Source: a virus
Length of the DNA stretch: 64,000 nt
Reading direction: 5' to 3' (one strand)
IMG/VR virus record: IMGVR_UViG_3300045988_081205
This document shows positions 26,146 through 37,206 of this stretch, one piece after another. The position numbers and the translations under genes were made by a program. The notes under the pieces were generated by a model, which ran no database searches, was not told the DNA's origin, and saw only the letters and a list, made by a program, of their open reading frames with translations. The stretch's first letter is position 1. Every line of letters begins with the position of its first letter.

Positions 26146-27444
26146 TTAATTCTTTGCTTTAATATAAGCATGTAACCCAGTAGCAGGAGAATATGTTGGA
26201 AGCAGAACATTTGCACTATCAAAACTCAAGATTTTTGTAGCAGCACTACCAATGATATATACCTTATGATCTTGAGGATTCTCAAGCATGTCATATAGAG
26301 TTCCAACATCCAAATCATTTATCAAAACATTCCATGTATTAGCATGATCGACAGACTGATATAATTTTGTTCCATTCAAATAGAAAAATCCATGAGAACT
26401 ACCAAATACTCTATCTGATGTTGGGAGAGTTATCGGCGTAGCTTCTGTAGAATTTTCTAAAATTATATATGGGCTAGCTGCTGTAAATTTACTTGATGCA
26501 TAATTTAACAAAGCAACTGTGCCATCACATGCAAAGAACGTATTTTTTGTACCACTTGTTACAACCGCGCTCCCTAATAACGATGTTCCAAATTTGTTAA
26601 ATATATAACATCGTGGATTTATGACGCCACCATTTACATATCCAGCATACATTATATATTTTCCACCCAATTTTACAATGTTATTATATTGTGTATACAA
26701 ACTATTAGGTATTGTTGCTCCTGCTTCCCTAACATTAAAAGTATTAGGAAATGATGTTACTAAGCATGGCTGAACATTTTCAAAAGTCTGAACAACATAA
26801 AATAAATCTCCATCTACTTCCCATCCACCACTTACTGTCATGCGTTCAAAAGTTGTAGACACTGGCATACTGTTCAAATCGTAAGTATAATATCCATTAG
26901 TATCATGTCCCTGAGAACTCTGCTGTTTAATAGTTGTATACATATATTTCTTTTGACTTGGAACATAAAAAAACGTTAATGTGTCAACATTTGAAGATTG
27001 CGAAGACAATGATGTATAAAAATCATAAGAATTTATTGGGCTGTCTTGGAACGTATCTTTCCACAATATCTCTCCTGCCTTGCCCGGTCTGTATAACGTA
27101 TCTGCACTTGCGCCAATACTTTTGAATGTGCCTACATGCGGAGCGCTTTTCAATAGGTTCTTTAAGACAGGATATTGTGAACCATCTACAATTGCGCCAT
27201 TGCACAATAGCCAATTGTCTCCCAGATTGTTTCTAGCTGTTACAAGTACGTCTCCAATTACATATGAGCCTCCACCATATGCTATATGATTGAAAGCATT
27301 ATTTAATGTGTCGCCAGATGGCAAATTTAAGATACGTTGCGCTTGATCATCTAGTAACACCTGTCCACTAATTGTTTCTGGATATAGAGTATCATAATCT
27401 GTGCCATTATAATTCTCTATAATAAAATTTTTCTTTTCAGCCAA
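26146..27444 (-). CDS. putative receptor-binding / tail fibre protein
   Basis: 432 aa, beta-rich. Distal end of the tail module. TTG start. Confidence 0.4.
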   Translation of the reverse strand: MAEKKNFIIENYNGTDYDTLYPETISGQVLLDDQAQRILNLPSGDTLNNAFNHIAYGGGSYVIGDVLVTARNNLGDNWLLCNGAIVDGSQYPVLKNLLKSAPHVGTFKSIGASADTLYRPGKAGEILWKDTFQDSPINSYDFYTSLSSQSSNVDTLTFFYVPSQKKYMYTTIKQQSSQGHDTNGYYTYDLNSMPVSTTFERMTVSGGWEVDGDLFYVVQTFENVQPCLVTSFPNTFNVREAGATIPNSLYTQYNNIVKLGGKYIMYAGYVNGGVINPRCYIFNKFGTSLLGSAVVTSGTKNTFFACDGTVALLNYASSKFTAASPYIILENSTEATPITLPTSDRVFGSSHGFFYLNGTKLYQSVDHANTWNVLINDLDVGTLYDMLENPQDHKVYIIGSAATKILSFDSANVLLPTYSPATGLHAYIKAKN

Positions 27445-27450
27445 TTATAT

Positions 27451-27738
27451 TCACTCCTTCAATTTGAAGTATACTTGCCCACTTGTCATGCCAGCAGGAG
27501 GTTGAGTAGCAACCTTGATTACATCCTGTTTGAATGTAGAGTCGGATGTTGATTGAACTGCTACAATTCGGCTCGTCACATAGTTAAATAAAGCCGCTAC
27601 TACTGTCTTATCTGTCAACTGGTCGTTCTGTAAAATAGCTAGAGCCGCCTCATATTGTCCGGCTGACATATATTGCTTGAACTGCGTATTCAAATCAACA
27701 TCAGACAAATGCAAGTCTTGATATTTCATTGTCATCAT
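27451..27738 (-). CDS. hypothetical tail-module protein
   Basis: The ATG at 27738 overlaps the upstream stop. The track start 27768 is less likely. Confidence 0.45.
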   Translation of the reverse strand: MMTMKYQDLHLSDVDLNTQFKQYMSAGQYEAALAILQNDQLTDKTVVAALFNYVTSRIVAVQSTSDSTFKQDVIKVATQPPAGMTSGQVYFKLKE

Positions 27739-28061
27739 ACAATAGCCGCTCCTGTTACATGAAACCAAAAATCTGTGGCTTGTTGAAATGTTGGTTGCGT
27801 CTCAGATACAATATAAGCTGGGCTATATCTATCGCCAAAATATTGCTCTGTTGCTGTTAAGCCATCTAGCACATCATTTATAAGCCCAGCTGAAATAATC
27901 TTCTGTTGATTATTTGGTATTTGAGACAATACCTGCTGTGCTACATCATAACTACCAACCTCCATAGCATCTTGATACTGCTTTACCAACTCAGCGTCAT
28001 CAGTTGTAATATCTAGCATAGTTGGAAATGTATCAACTTGATTAGGAAAATTAGTTGCCAT
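27735..28061 (-). CDS. hypothetical tail-module protein
   Basis: 108-aa ORF with SD GGAGAG. Confidence 0.5.
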   Translation of the reverse strand: MATNFPNQVDTFPTMLDITTDDAELVKQYQDAMEVGSYDVAQQVLSQIPNNQQKIISAGLINDVLDGLTATEQYFGDRYSPAYIVSETQPTFQQATDFWFHVTGAAIV

Positions 28062-28076
28062 CTAATCTCTCCTTTC

Positions 28077-28637
28077 TTATTCGTTGAATTTTGGTCCAGC
28101 TATAAATTTACCAGTGCCAAAATTACCATAAAATACGCTATTCACCTTATCCCACAAGCCAACGTCACCTAGCTTATTCTGATATGGGATATAATCTCTA
28201 ATCAATACGCCATCATTCCATATTTTACATGAATGTAGGAATGCTGATAGAGCCGGTGTTTGGAAATAACCGTCTTTACTATAAGTCAATAGCGCCATAT
28301 TATTTTTCATCTTAAATTCACTTGCATCGTATTGTACTGATTGCCCATTTACAGTAAGCTGGTTTTTATTCATATCTAGAGTCATCTTAGTGAATGACGT
28401 GCCAACTGATATTGTCTTACTATTGTCTTGATTATAGCCAAATGTAATTGTTCCATTGTTATATGATGCGCCTAGATATGTATATGTATCAGGGTCTTCC
28501 TGTGCCGCCTTTTCGTTTGTATATATCGAGCCAAATAGATAGCCACTTGCTCCATTAAGCACAGTTAGTTCCATCTGAACACGTGTATTATTGTTAGGAA
28601 TAAAGCCCGTACTGATAAACTGTGTACCTGTAGACAT
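28077..28637 (-). CDS. hypothetical baseplate/fibre-associated protein
   Basis: 186-aa beta-rich ORF. Confidence 0.45.
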   Translation of the reverse strand: MSTGTQFISTGFIPNNNTRVQMELTVLNGASGYLFGSIYTNEKAAQEDPDTYTYLGASYNNGTITFGYNQDNSKTISVGTSFTKMTLDMNKNQLTVNGQSVQYDASEFKMKNNMALLTYSKDGYFQTPALSAFLHSCKIWNDGVLIRDYIPYQNKLGDVGLWDKVNSVFYGNFGTGKFIAGPKFNE

Positions 28638-28661
28638 AATATATTTTAGCTCAACCGGCTC

Positions 28662-30155
28662 TTATGTTCCATCTACTAGATAATATGGATACCAGCTTGA
28701 CGCTGATATGGTCATACTATTTGTATCACCGTATTGTGCATTATATGACTGTATCATATATTTCTTTGGGTCACCCTGTAATTTCATAGCATGACTCATA
28801 ATAATATTGACATCAAGCCAAGGAATTGGTATAGTAGCTAATGAAATACTATCATTAAGCCGACAGCGCCAATATAGCTCTATATCAGCTCTTTGTTTAG
28901 CCAAATCATTAGACATGATATTATCATATTCGCCGCTATAGCATACATGGCGAATAATACCAACGGAGCTAGAACCAACAGGGTTACCAACGTAGAACGG
29001 GCTATCTGGATTATCGTCATATGCCACAGCTGATGCTTGGTCATTACCCAAGTCTAAGAACGTGTGATTTGCTTGAAACTGAGCGACATAATATTTGTCT
29101 TTTTCAAGATAGTTTGCACCAGACCCATCTTTATTAACAAGTTTATATGTACCTAATATGGTTGGCGCTGCTTCACTAGCGCCAGCTGTAATCTTTAGAT
29201 AGATAGAACCTGTCACCTTACTAGGAGGCACAAAGCCAACCAACGTCCATTCTTGTAATGGTGAACCACCTGTTGCAGTTGGCGTTAATGATGGTATATG
29301 CAAAGTAACGGTCGAGCCATCCACTGTGGTATTATCGCTAAAATGGTCAATATTATGACTACGCCCATATACCTCTATATAATTCTTGACATTCTCAAAA
29401 TCTGTGTTTACTGATTCTGAGATGAGAATGTTCTGCCATACATCGTCATCAATCAATACAGGGTCATTTGCACCAGTTGGAATAAGCTCATAGTGAAATA
29501 CGCCATCTACGTCAAAATACATCTGATATTGTGGCAAGATAGCACATAGCTCTTTGAGAATATCATATACAGTACCGCCTTGAGCTATCTCAATATCATA
29601 TGGCACTTCTTGAATTGCGCCATCTACGTTCTTACATTCACTAACAATATACTTGTTGAACCCGCCTAATTCCAATGCGGCGATTATAGCACCACGCACA
29701 TCTGAACCTTGTGGCACTTTAGTAGGTACGCCCGGCAATTCGCCATTTCTCAATCCTGTTAATTTTGACATCAAGTCAAGCCCTGAGAAAGATAGAGTAT
29801 ATGTCGCCGCATCATATTGATAACTAGGCGCATTGATTAGATAGATGCCCTGATTATACCATTGGATATTACCAGTACGAATATTAAGATATCCTATCCA
29901 TGGTCTGATATATTTGTCAAGGAAAATCTTGCCACCGGGTTTAATCTCAAATGAGCTATCTGTTACAACTAAGCTGCACTCACACGAACGCCGCAAATCA
30001 GCATTAGCATCAACTGTGACTGATAACCCAATCAGGTTGCCGCTTAGTTCATCTACTACGTTCATGTTGAAATCCAACAGGTCTAGCTTAATATATTGCT
30101 TGATATATGATTGTCTAAGGATGTTATAATCATCCTGTGTGATATTCAATGCCAT
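28662..30155 (-). CDS. putative baseplate / tail-associated structural protein
   Basis: 497 aa. Position downstream of the tape measure. Confidence 0.45.
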   Translation of the reverse strand: MALNITQDDYNILRQSYIKQYIKLDLLDFNMNVVDELSGNLIGLSVTVDANADLRRSCECSLVVTDSSFEIKPGGKIFLDKYIRPWIGYLNIRTGNIQWYNQGIYLINAPSYQYDAATYTLSFSGLDLMSKLTGLRNGELPGVPTKVPQGSDVRGAIIAALELGGFNKYIVSECKNVDGAIQEVPYDIEIAQGGTVYDILKELCAILPQYQMYFDVDGVFHYELIPTGANDPVLIDDDVWQNILISESVNTDFENVKNYIEVYGRSHNIDHFSDNTTVDGSTVTLHIPSLTPTATGGSPLQEWTLVGFVPPSKVTGSIYLKITAGASEAAPTILGTYKLVNKDGSGANYLEKDKYYVAQFQANHTFLDLGNDQASAVAYDDNPDSPFYVGNPVGSSSVGIIRHVCYSGEYDNIMSNDLAKQRADIELYWRCRLNDSISLATIPIPWLDVNIIMSHAMKLQGDPKKYMIQSYNAQYGDTNSMTISASSWYPYYLVDGT

Positions 30156-30158
30156 ATA

Positions 30159-31067
30159 TTATGCCTCCGTGGGGATAAGTCCATTCATAAACAGGTCCGA
30201 CTTATTATCCGGTTTGCCTGTCTCTGTCCAGCTTGCATTAACATCGCACATACCCATACCATAATTGCTATCATAAGACACCGAGGGATTGCCTGTGATA
30301 AGGCAGAGCCACGCCTCACCATTCCAGTCCTTTATTATCTTGGGCTTACCATTCGTTAAGAATTTCAACAGGGTATTCTTTCTAGCTGTGATTTCCTGTC
30401 TATCAATATTGCCAGTTTGCTCAAAGTCAGCAGGTAGCACCTTGCCTTGAATTGAGCCAGTCTGATAATTCTGTAGTCCATTGCTAATAACAACAGGATA
30501 TTGCCGCCCATATGGTGTGAATACGCCTACTTGCCGCATTTGGTCATTATTGCCATATGCAACACCACAATATAGTTTATATACCGTGTCATAGTCACAA
30601 ATGAAGACACCCTTGAAATTGGTAGCAATTTGCTCGACAATATAATCGCCCTCAACATGGCTCATCATAGGCACATAAGCATATTGATATTCAGTGAAGT
30701 TAAGTGCCAAATTATCAGTGAATGTAAACGTCAATTCTGATAGGCTGTTAATTTCAGCCTCTTTAATTATGGTCCATTCAAACTCGCCTACTTTACGCCG
30801 TTTGAGTCTGTACCCTGTAACATCCTTTGCTATCTGGTCGACATTGCCAGCAGAGATGTTGTTCTCAAAGTTACAATCCATGACCGTCTCCCAGTCCCAA
30901 TCAGTAGGGATAGTTGGATTATATGGTTTAGTTACATTTTTGCTTACATTAAAATGGTCATATACGCCGCTCTCAATGCGCGTCTTAGTGATATGTGAGA
31001 CGTTGGTTGGCATAGGGTCAATAGCGTTTCTATCAGAACAAAAATTATAGCCTAATACAGCAATCAT
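30159..31067 (-). CDS. putative baseplate structural protein
   Basis: 302 aa, coupled to its neighbours. Confidence 0.4.
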   Translation of the reverse strand: MIAVLGYNFCSDRNAIDPMPTNVSHITKTRIESGVYDHFNVSKNVTKPYNPTIPTDWDWETVMDCNFENNISAGNVDQIAKDVTGYRLKRRKVGEFEWTIIKEAEINSLSELTFTFTDNLALNFTEYQYAYVPMMSHVEGDYIVEQIATNFKGVFICDYDTVYKLYCGVAYGNNDQMRQVGVFTPYGRQYPVVISNGLQNYQTGSIQGKVLPADFEQTGNIDRQEITARKNTLLKFLTNGKPKIIKDWNGEAWLCLITGNPSVSYDSNYGMGMCDVNASWTETGKPDNKSDLFMNGLIPTEA

Positions 31068-32146
31068 ACCGTCTCACCTCTATTCTCTATCTTTAAGTCG
31101 TATACATTGTTGATGCGCCGATTCCAGATGAATAGATATTCTGTATCAGCTGGCTTTGCTATCTTATTGGAGAATATACTGTAATAATGCCGCCATTTTG
31201 GATGAATGGCAACCAGCTCAATCCATACATAATTGCCCTCTTCACGATATGTTATTGTAACCGTCGCGCCATCATCATTGGTGAACGTTAGAATGGTTGA
31301 ATTAGGGTTAAAGTCACGTCCCCATATACCCATAGTGTAATCGCTAGCTATCTCATAGTTATCTTTCCATTCTACATACGTTCCACTTTGTCTGAGGTCA
31401 ACCTCTTTATCGTCAATATAAGTAGGAGGGTATGGGTTAGAATCACCCGGAATACCAACCATATTATTCTCAATTGTCACATATCCATCATGGCAATTGT
31501 TGGTCAAATACATAGTTGTATATAATCTTGGTATGACATATACAATATATATATTAACCTTGCCCGATTCGACCGCTGTTCCTTCTACAGTTTGCCCAAC
31601 TACCTCAATCTGATATGCCAACTTATCCTCAAAGCCTGAGAACATATAAGATACAGTTGTTGGTACGGCTTGATTCTGTAGGTATTTAACGCCGCTTGTT
31701 GCTACCAAATCGCCCTGAGCATCATATAAATTGAATTGATATTGCGCCAACTGCTCAGATTCAGCCTGATTATATTGTGCCTCAAACTCAAATGACGCAT
31801 TGGGGATATTATTGCTAGGCGGTATATTGCTAAAAGTTAAAGTAGGTTGAGTATAGCAATAGAATAAAATAGGGTTTGATTCAACTGATATATTGCCCTG
31901 TGCGTCAATCGTCTGAATCGTCGCTTGATATTTTGTACCATTAGCTAATGTATTGGCTGGTAATGTATGTATATAAGCAAATGTTGTAACCGTCTGTTTA
32001 TATACTTGCTCTAACGTCACATTATTTTTTATTGTTAATATGTTGCCTGTGACCTGAGAGCCACCTTGTGAATAGAACTTGAACTGCTGTGACTTAGTTG
32101 CGTCAAATGCCGCAATTTGAGCTAATGTTGGTTTGGTTAATACCAT
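31064..32146 (-). CDS. putative distal tail / baseplate protein
   Basis: 360 aa, strong SD AAAGGAGGA. Second gene after the tape measure. Confidence 0.4.
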   Translation of the reverse strand: MVLTKPTLAQIAAFDATKSQQFKFYSQGGSQVTGNILTIKNNVTLEQVYKQTVTTFAYIHTLPANTLANGTKYQATIQTIDAQGNISVESNPILFYCYTQPTLTFSNIPPSNNIPNASFEFEAQYNQAESEQLAQYQFNLYDAQGDLVATSGVKYLQNQAVPTTVSYMFSGFEDKLAYQIEVVGQTVEGTAVESGKVNIYIVYVIPRLYTTMYLTNNCHDGYVTIENNMVGIPGDSNPYPPTYIDDKEVDLRQSGTYVEWKDNYEIASDYTMGIWGRDFNPNSTILTFTNDDGATVTITYREEGNYVWIELVAIHPKWRHYYSIFSNKIAKPADTEYLFIWNRRINNVYDLKIENRGETV

Positions 32147-32161
32147 ATCTCATCCTCCTTT

Positions 32162-32491
32162 CTATATTGTTTTCCAAATCAAGTTACCTTCTGAATCTAT
32201 TGATAACACCTTACCGGCATCTGCTTTTGTATAAGGTGGTAAAATATCAACTGTTATAATAAACGCCTGATTCATTGAACCATTTGGACAAAATACCCTA
32301 TAACTCTTATTTACAGTTGGTGTATCGCCATAATACGCTATATTACTGTGTGTCTTGCCATTAGCTCTAACTGAGCATGTATTATTATCCCCTACAGCCG
32401 TTACTATAGCCGTATATATCTTAACTGAATCCTTGACTGCGTTTTGAGCCAAGATGTCCATTGATTGTAATAATTCTTCACTAGGTAACAC
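32162..32491 (-). CDS. hypothetical tail protein
   Basis: 109 aa. GTG start. TAG stop followed by an in-frame TGA 4 codons later. Confidence 0.45.
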   Translation of the reverse strand: MLPSEELLQSMDILAQNAVKDSVKIYTAIVTAVGDNNTCSVRANGKTHSNIAYYGDTPTVNKSYRVFCPNGSMNQAFIITVDILPPYTKADAGKVLSIDSEGNLIWKTI

Positions 32492-32512
32492 TAAATCACC
32501 TCTTTTAGATAA

Positions 32513-32548
32513 TCATGGTAGCCATATATTTCTATACAGCTACCATGA
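32513..32548 (-). terminator. 10-bp hairpin just after the tape-measure stop (attenuator or RNA-stabilising hairpin)
   Basis: TCATGGTAGC (32513-32522) / GCTACCATGA (32539-32548). No clear U-tract. Confidence 0.35.
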
Positions 32549-32555
32549 TGTTATA

Positions 32556-35500
32556 CTAACTACGTCTTGTCACATATTGTTGCGCCAATTCTCTAAGTCC
32601 ACTTACGAACGATTGAGCATCGCGCACATTGGGTAATGTAACATTGCTAATGTTGAGCGTCTGCGCCAAACTCTGTGCTTTTTGAGCCAAAGACGACAAC
32701 ATATCGCTAGGTGTCATAGACCCCCAACGCCATAGATTGTCCGTAATGCCGCTTGGTAGGATACCATCGCCCTGATTCAGCACTCTCAGCTCTGGACCAT
32801 TTTCACCAACTAAAGATAAGCCGCTGTCGGCATTACGTGTGCCACGAGCATAACCTTGAGCGCCTATCTTCTTCATTTCGGATGCATAGTTTAATAAGTA
32901 TCCTTTAGTAATATCATATTGAGCTTTATCATATAAGTCTTGAACTTCGTCTTTCGTTAATGATTCACTAAATAATTTGTCATATAATCGTTGATCGGCA
33001 AGTCCCTCAAAATCAAGCGCATCTGCTACATTGTATTCAGTCGCTAAAAGATCAGCTGGTATTTTTTTGTAGCCACCATGCATAGCGGCTGATGTATTGC
33101 TTTGGTCAATATAACCGAGCTCATCTTGCTTAAATTCTCCCGGTTTAGTGCTCCAAGCATCGGTCTGATGCTCCCAAGCCTCTTTGTATAAATCACGGTT
33201 GCTAGCCCATGTGTCTTGTTTGCTAACATCTGTTCCGAAATATTTTGAAGCGGCTTCATCGCCATATGCCTCTCTATATTCCTTAATCATTTGTTGCTTA
33301 GTATCTCTGAGCTGAGTCCAATATGCAACTTCAGCCTGAGACTGAGCGTTCTTTATCTTTTCGCCAAAGTCGGTTTGAACACCATAAGACCTTACATTTT
33401 CTTCACGAATCTGTTTCTTTAGCTCGGCTTCACGTTGCCGCCTTTCTTCTCTGGCTGCCTGTGCTTCGTTATATGCTATAAGAATTTGTTTGTAAGCATC
33501 ACCGGGCTTCATTGCCTCACCGAAAGTATCATATAGACCCTCTTCAGACATCCCCTCATACACAGTTCCAGATATCTGTCCTTGGGCATATTGTAACAGA
33601 TGCTTACGAAGAGCGTTTGGGTAATTTAGAACATCACCGCCATTGCTGAAATACTTTTTAAAGAACGCTTTCGATTCATCGCCTAGCATAGACATTAAGT
33701 CTTTAGTTTGGCTCTGTTCTATACCACGATACGTCTCTTGATAGTCTTTCTGCGCACTAGATATAGCATCGGAATCTTGCATATATTGGAAGCGCCCTTC
33801 ACTATATACTAGCATACGGCGCTGTTTAGCTTTTTCTAATGCCTCTAGCTTTTCTTCAAGGGCTATCTTATCCTCTAGTAGCTGATTCTGACGGTCATAT
33901 TCTTCTGCTGCTTCTTCAGCTATTCCTTTTTCAGCGGAGGCGTTCTTTACAGCTTTCGCAACTGCGGCATTATATTGTTCTTCGATGCTGGCACCCATCT
34001 GACGAATCATCGCCCAAGCTTCTTCAATGGCCGTAATAGCGCTATTCGCGTTTCCGCTTGCAAATGCCTGATGAATAGAGCCTGTTATAGATGATACAGT
34101 AGACGATACTTTGTCTTTTAGCCCATCTAGCAAACCACTAATAGAACCGGACAAATCGCCGCAATTCTTCTCAATATAAGTGATAAGCTCGTCAACACTA
34201 TATGTGCCCTCAGATACAATCTCAGAAAATAGCGTTTTTAGTACTTCAACAAATTGAGCAAATTCAGCCTCAGCTTGTTTATACTGTTCACTTGTTTCAT
34301 CAAATCCTTGTTGCTTGAGCTGAGATAGGTAATCCTGATAGGATTGATATATAGTGGCTACTTCTGATAGAGTTGACTGTAAATCAGATTTACTAATATC
34401 TGGGTCAATTAGTTTGAGACGTGTTGACTCGTCTGTTAGATATTCGCGCAGTTCTTCAATGGTATTGATGGTTTGAGCTTTGACCTCTTCTTGGTCTTTT
34501 TTGGTTGAGGATGAACCTCCTCCGCCACCACCACCTGTTGAGACAAACGGCTTGATGGATTCGAGCTGTTTCTTATACTCTTCCATCTTCTTTTTGTAAT
34601 TGCTTTGCCCAGCCGATTGTATTTGAGACGTAACCCATTTATTAAATCCCGCTATATCAGCATCAGCGCTTTTACCAAAAGTACGAAAATAAGCTTGTCG
34701 CAAGCCCTCCATATCGCTAGTTGTACCAGCGGCTCTACCACCAACAAGGTCAGACGCAGTACTAACGCCAGCCATATCCATCATAGACGCTAATTGGCTA
34801 GTGGTAATCATTGCAGCATTGCCAACCTCTTGAATAGCTAGTATCAACGCGCTAAAATCAGCTTGAGCTTGTGCCTGTTGTGCCTGAATAAATGACTGAG
34901 CCATACTAGCCATAGAACCAGATGTAGATAATGCCTGTTTAGCCGCTTCTGTTAATTGTCCATTAGCATCAAATAGAGAATTGACCAGTACACCACTAGC
35001 ATCATCCGCATTTTCATTTGCACCACGATATTGGTCAAGCGCGGCTATGTAGGTATCTAGCTTAGATGCTGATTCTTCTTCTGCTACACCAAGCTCTTGT
35101 ACGTCATTAGCTGCTCCGCTTAAATCAGTATTTTGTACTACACCATTAAGCGTTTCCCAGTTATTGATAAAATCAACTTGCCACTGGTCAAGATTTTCGC
35201 CATTATCTGCAAGAATTTTTAGAGCATTATAATAATCCTCTGTTGATGTTACAAGCTCACCTACTTGCCGAGTAGCAGAATCACTAGACGTAATAACATC
35301 TTGAGTATATTTTGACCAATTAGCTAATGACTGCCCTTGAGATTGCGCCCAATCAATCGTCTTTTGCTTTGTTTCGGTGATTGTAACACCCAATCCATTA
35401 AGAGCGTTTTTAGCAATTTCAGCAGCCTCGCTCCAATTTCCAAGAGAGGATGCCTCTAAATAGGCATCATATGATGTAGAATCTACATACTCATGTAGAG

Positions 35501-36956
35501 CTTCAAACGCTGCATTGGTTGCATCTTCAACAGACTCGAACGTTCCCTTTAGCGCATTTGCTTGTTCATCTGTTATAGTTAGAGTTTGTTGCCAAGTTGT
35601 AAGTGTTTTGTTACCAAATTCATCTGTGCTTAATCCGCTTACGGTTGCGCCAGTTACTTGTTTACCACCAGTTGTAACTTTACGGGCTGCCTCAACTGTG
35701 TCTGTCTGACGTAATTCAATCAGCTTTTCATAAGCTTCAATCTGCTTCTCTAGCTGCTCACGTTCTGCTTGTAGTTCTGCTTCGTTACCATCATATGGTG
35801 TATTATTAAGCTCATCTAGCTTTTTCTTAGTTTCTTCATACCCTGTCTTGGTATTTTCTAGCTCTTGGTTAGCTTCGTCCATAGAGGCAACAAGATTCTC
35901 AAACTTATTGTTTTCTACGGCTTGATTTACAGCTTTAATAACTTCAACTAAAGCTGTAATAGCTGCAACTGTGCCACCAACTATGAGCGCGATTTTGCCA
36001 CTGGCAAGCATACCTAGGAACGAGTCGCCACCAACTCCTAGATTTTTAAGTTGTAAACCAACCTCAGCTATCTTGCCTACAGTTTGCCCAACGATACCAA
36101 CTAGACCAGTAACACCAGTGCTTAATACACCAATTCTAGTAACAGCTGCGCCGACATCATTGTTAGCAAAATTAAGCATAGCTGTACCAGCATTGATGAA
36201 ACCGCCAACTAGGTCTTTTGATAATACGCGATTTGCAAAATCTTCAAATTCTGCTTTAAGAGCCTGTTGCTTTGCTTCTAGGCTCTCCATATATTTACTG
36301 TTTTCCTGTGCCGCAGAGCCAGCAGACTCTAAGGCTGCTTTGGTTGCATCAGCCGCATGACCAAAGTTCTGCATCACACTGGCAAGGACTTTATATTGAT
36401 TCTGTCCCGCGATAGTATCACCAAGAGCCGTTCTTTGTGCATCTGTCATTGAATCCCATTTAGGCTTCAATTCAGACAGCACATCAAATGTACTCTTTAG
36501 ACTACCGTCTACATTTTCTACTGTAATGCCATATTCTGCAAGCGCATCTTGATTCTTTACAATACGAGCCGCAATAGTAGATAATCCACGCGCAACCTGA
36601 CTACTGCGCCCTTGCATGATTTCTGTACCGCTAGTTACGAGACCTATGACTTGTTCAAATGAATTGCCATAAGTAGCCATACCACTAGCGGCAATTTCCA
36701 TTGCTTGTGATATGTCATTGGTGCCTACACTAAAATTGTTTGCCACTTCATTGTATGCGTCTATAACATGAGTGGCAAAATTAGCATCTTTACCAAATGC
36801 ACGAATCTGAGAAACAATAGATGCGGCTGCATCTTCTGCTGAAACAGCCGTATCAGCTACGTTCTGATAAGAAGCAGCAACTTTTGCAAGCATAGCGGCA
36901 TCCGAATCGTTGAATCCGCTCTTGCGGAACATAGATGCTGCTGATACCATCTCTGA
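32556..36956 (-). CDS. tail tape-measure protein, exon 2
   Basis: About 1466 codons, Ala/Gln-rich and helical, with TP901-type core (FRKSGFNDSDAAMLAKVAASYQNVAD...). Joins in frame to exon 1 after intron removal. Confidence 0.85.
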   Translation of the reverse strand, partial: SEMVSAASMFRKSGFNDSDAAMLAKVAASYQNVADTAVSAEDAAASIVSQIRAFGKDANFATHVIDAYNEVANNFSVGTNDISQAMEIAASGMATYGNSFEQVIGLVTSGTEIMQGRSSQVARGLSTIAARIVKNQDALAEYGITVENVDGSLKSTFDVLSELKPKWDSMTDAQRTALGDTIAGQNQYKVLASVMQNFGHAADATKAALESAGSAAQENSKYMESLEAKQQALKAEFEDFANRVLSKDLVGGFINAGTAMLNFANNDVGAAVTRIGVLSTGVTGLVGIVGQTVGKIAEVGLQLKNLGVGGDSFLGMLASGKIALIVGGTVAAITALVEVIKAVNQAVENNKFENLVASMDEANQELENTKTGYEETKKKLDELNNTPYDGNEAELQAEREQLEKQIEAYEKLIELRQTDTVEAARKVTTGGKQVTGATVSGLSTDEFGNKTLTTWQQTLTITDEQANALKGTFESVEDATNAAFEALHEYVDSTSYDAYLEASSLGNWSEAAEIAKNALNGLGVTITETKQKTIDWAQSQGQSLANWSKYTQDVITSSDSATRQVGELVTSTEDYYNALKILADNGENLDQWQVDFINNWETLNGVVQNTDLSGAANDVQELGVAEEESASKLDTYIAALDQYRGANENADDASGVLVNSLFDANGQLTEAAKQALSTSGSMASMAQSFIQAQQAQAQADFSALILAIQEVGNAAMITTSQLASMMDMAGVSTASDLVGGRAAGTTSDMEGLRQAYFRTFGKSADADIAGFNKWVTSQIQSAGQSNYKKKMEEYKKQLESIKPFVSTGGGGGGGSSSTKKDQEEVKAQTINTIEELREYLTDESTRLKLIDPDISKSDLQSTLSEVATIYQSYQDYLSQLKQQGFDETSEQYKQAEAEFAQFVEVLKTLFSEIVSEGTYSVDELITYIEKNCGDLSGSISGLLDGLKDKVSSTVSSITGSIHQAFASGNANSAITAIEEAWAMIRQMGASIEEQYNAAVAKAVKNASAEKGIAEEAAEEYDRQNQLLEDKIALEEKLEALEKAKQRRMLVYSEGRFQYMQDSDAISSAQKDYQETYRGIEQSQTKDLMSMLGDESKAFFKKYFSNGGDVLNYPNALRKHLLQYAQGQISGTVYEGMSEEGLYDTFGEAMKPGDAYKQILIAYNEAQAAREERRQREAELKKQIREENVRSYGVQTDFGEKIKNAQSQAEVAYWTQLRDTKQQMIKEYREAYGDEAASKYFGTDVSKQDTWASNRDLYKEAWEHQTDAWSTKPGEFKQDELGYIDQSNTSAAMHGGYKKIPADLLATEYNVADALDFEGLADQRLYDKLFSESLTKDEVQDLYDKAQYDITKGYLLNYASEMKKIGAQGYARGTRNADSGLSLVGENGPELRVLNQGDGILPSGITDNLWRWGSMTPSDMLSSLAQKAQSLAQTLNISNVTLPNVRDAQSFVSGLRELAQQYVTRRS

Positions 36957-36976
36957 CGGTTATAAATTATCTAATA

Positions 36977-37180
36977 TTATAGCTTTCCCCAACGCCAATC
37001 ATCATCTAATCCCCATTCATTGATTCGCCGCTCTTCCTCTTTTGCTCGGCTATCAATATGATAAGGTTGTTGATTATTTTGTTGATTGTCATGTTTTCCA
37101 AACAATCCAACTATCACACAGTATAATGTCCAGATACCAATAGCTGGAAAAATCAACATAATAAGCATTAAAGCAAACAT
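36977..37180 (-). CDS. intron-encoded small membrane protein (67 aa), not a homing endonuclease
   Basis: ATG at 37180 after AAAGGAGG. N-terminal TM segment (MFALMLIMLIFPAIGIWTLYCVIVGLF) and a charged Gln/Asp/Trp-rich tail. Bracketed by a 14-bp stem (36964-36977 / 37217-37230). Confidence 0.55.
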   Translation of the reverse strand: MFALMLIMLIFPAIGIWTLYCVIVGLFGKHDNQQNNQQPYHIDSRAKEEERRINEWGLDDDWRWGKL

Positions 37181-37206
37181 GATAGATACCTCCTTTAAGT
37201 ATCTAT

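Noticed and set aside
29900-29945. - strand TTGACA around 29912 as a late-block sigma-A promoter
   Set aside because: There is no acceptable -10 hexamer at 16-18 nt spacing (ATAGGA only), and it lies inside a coding region.
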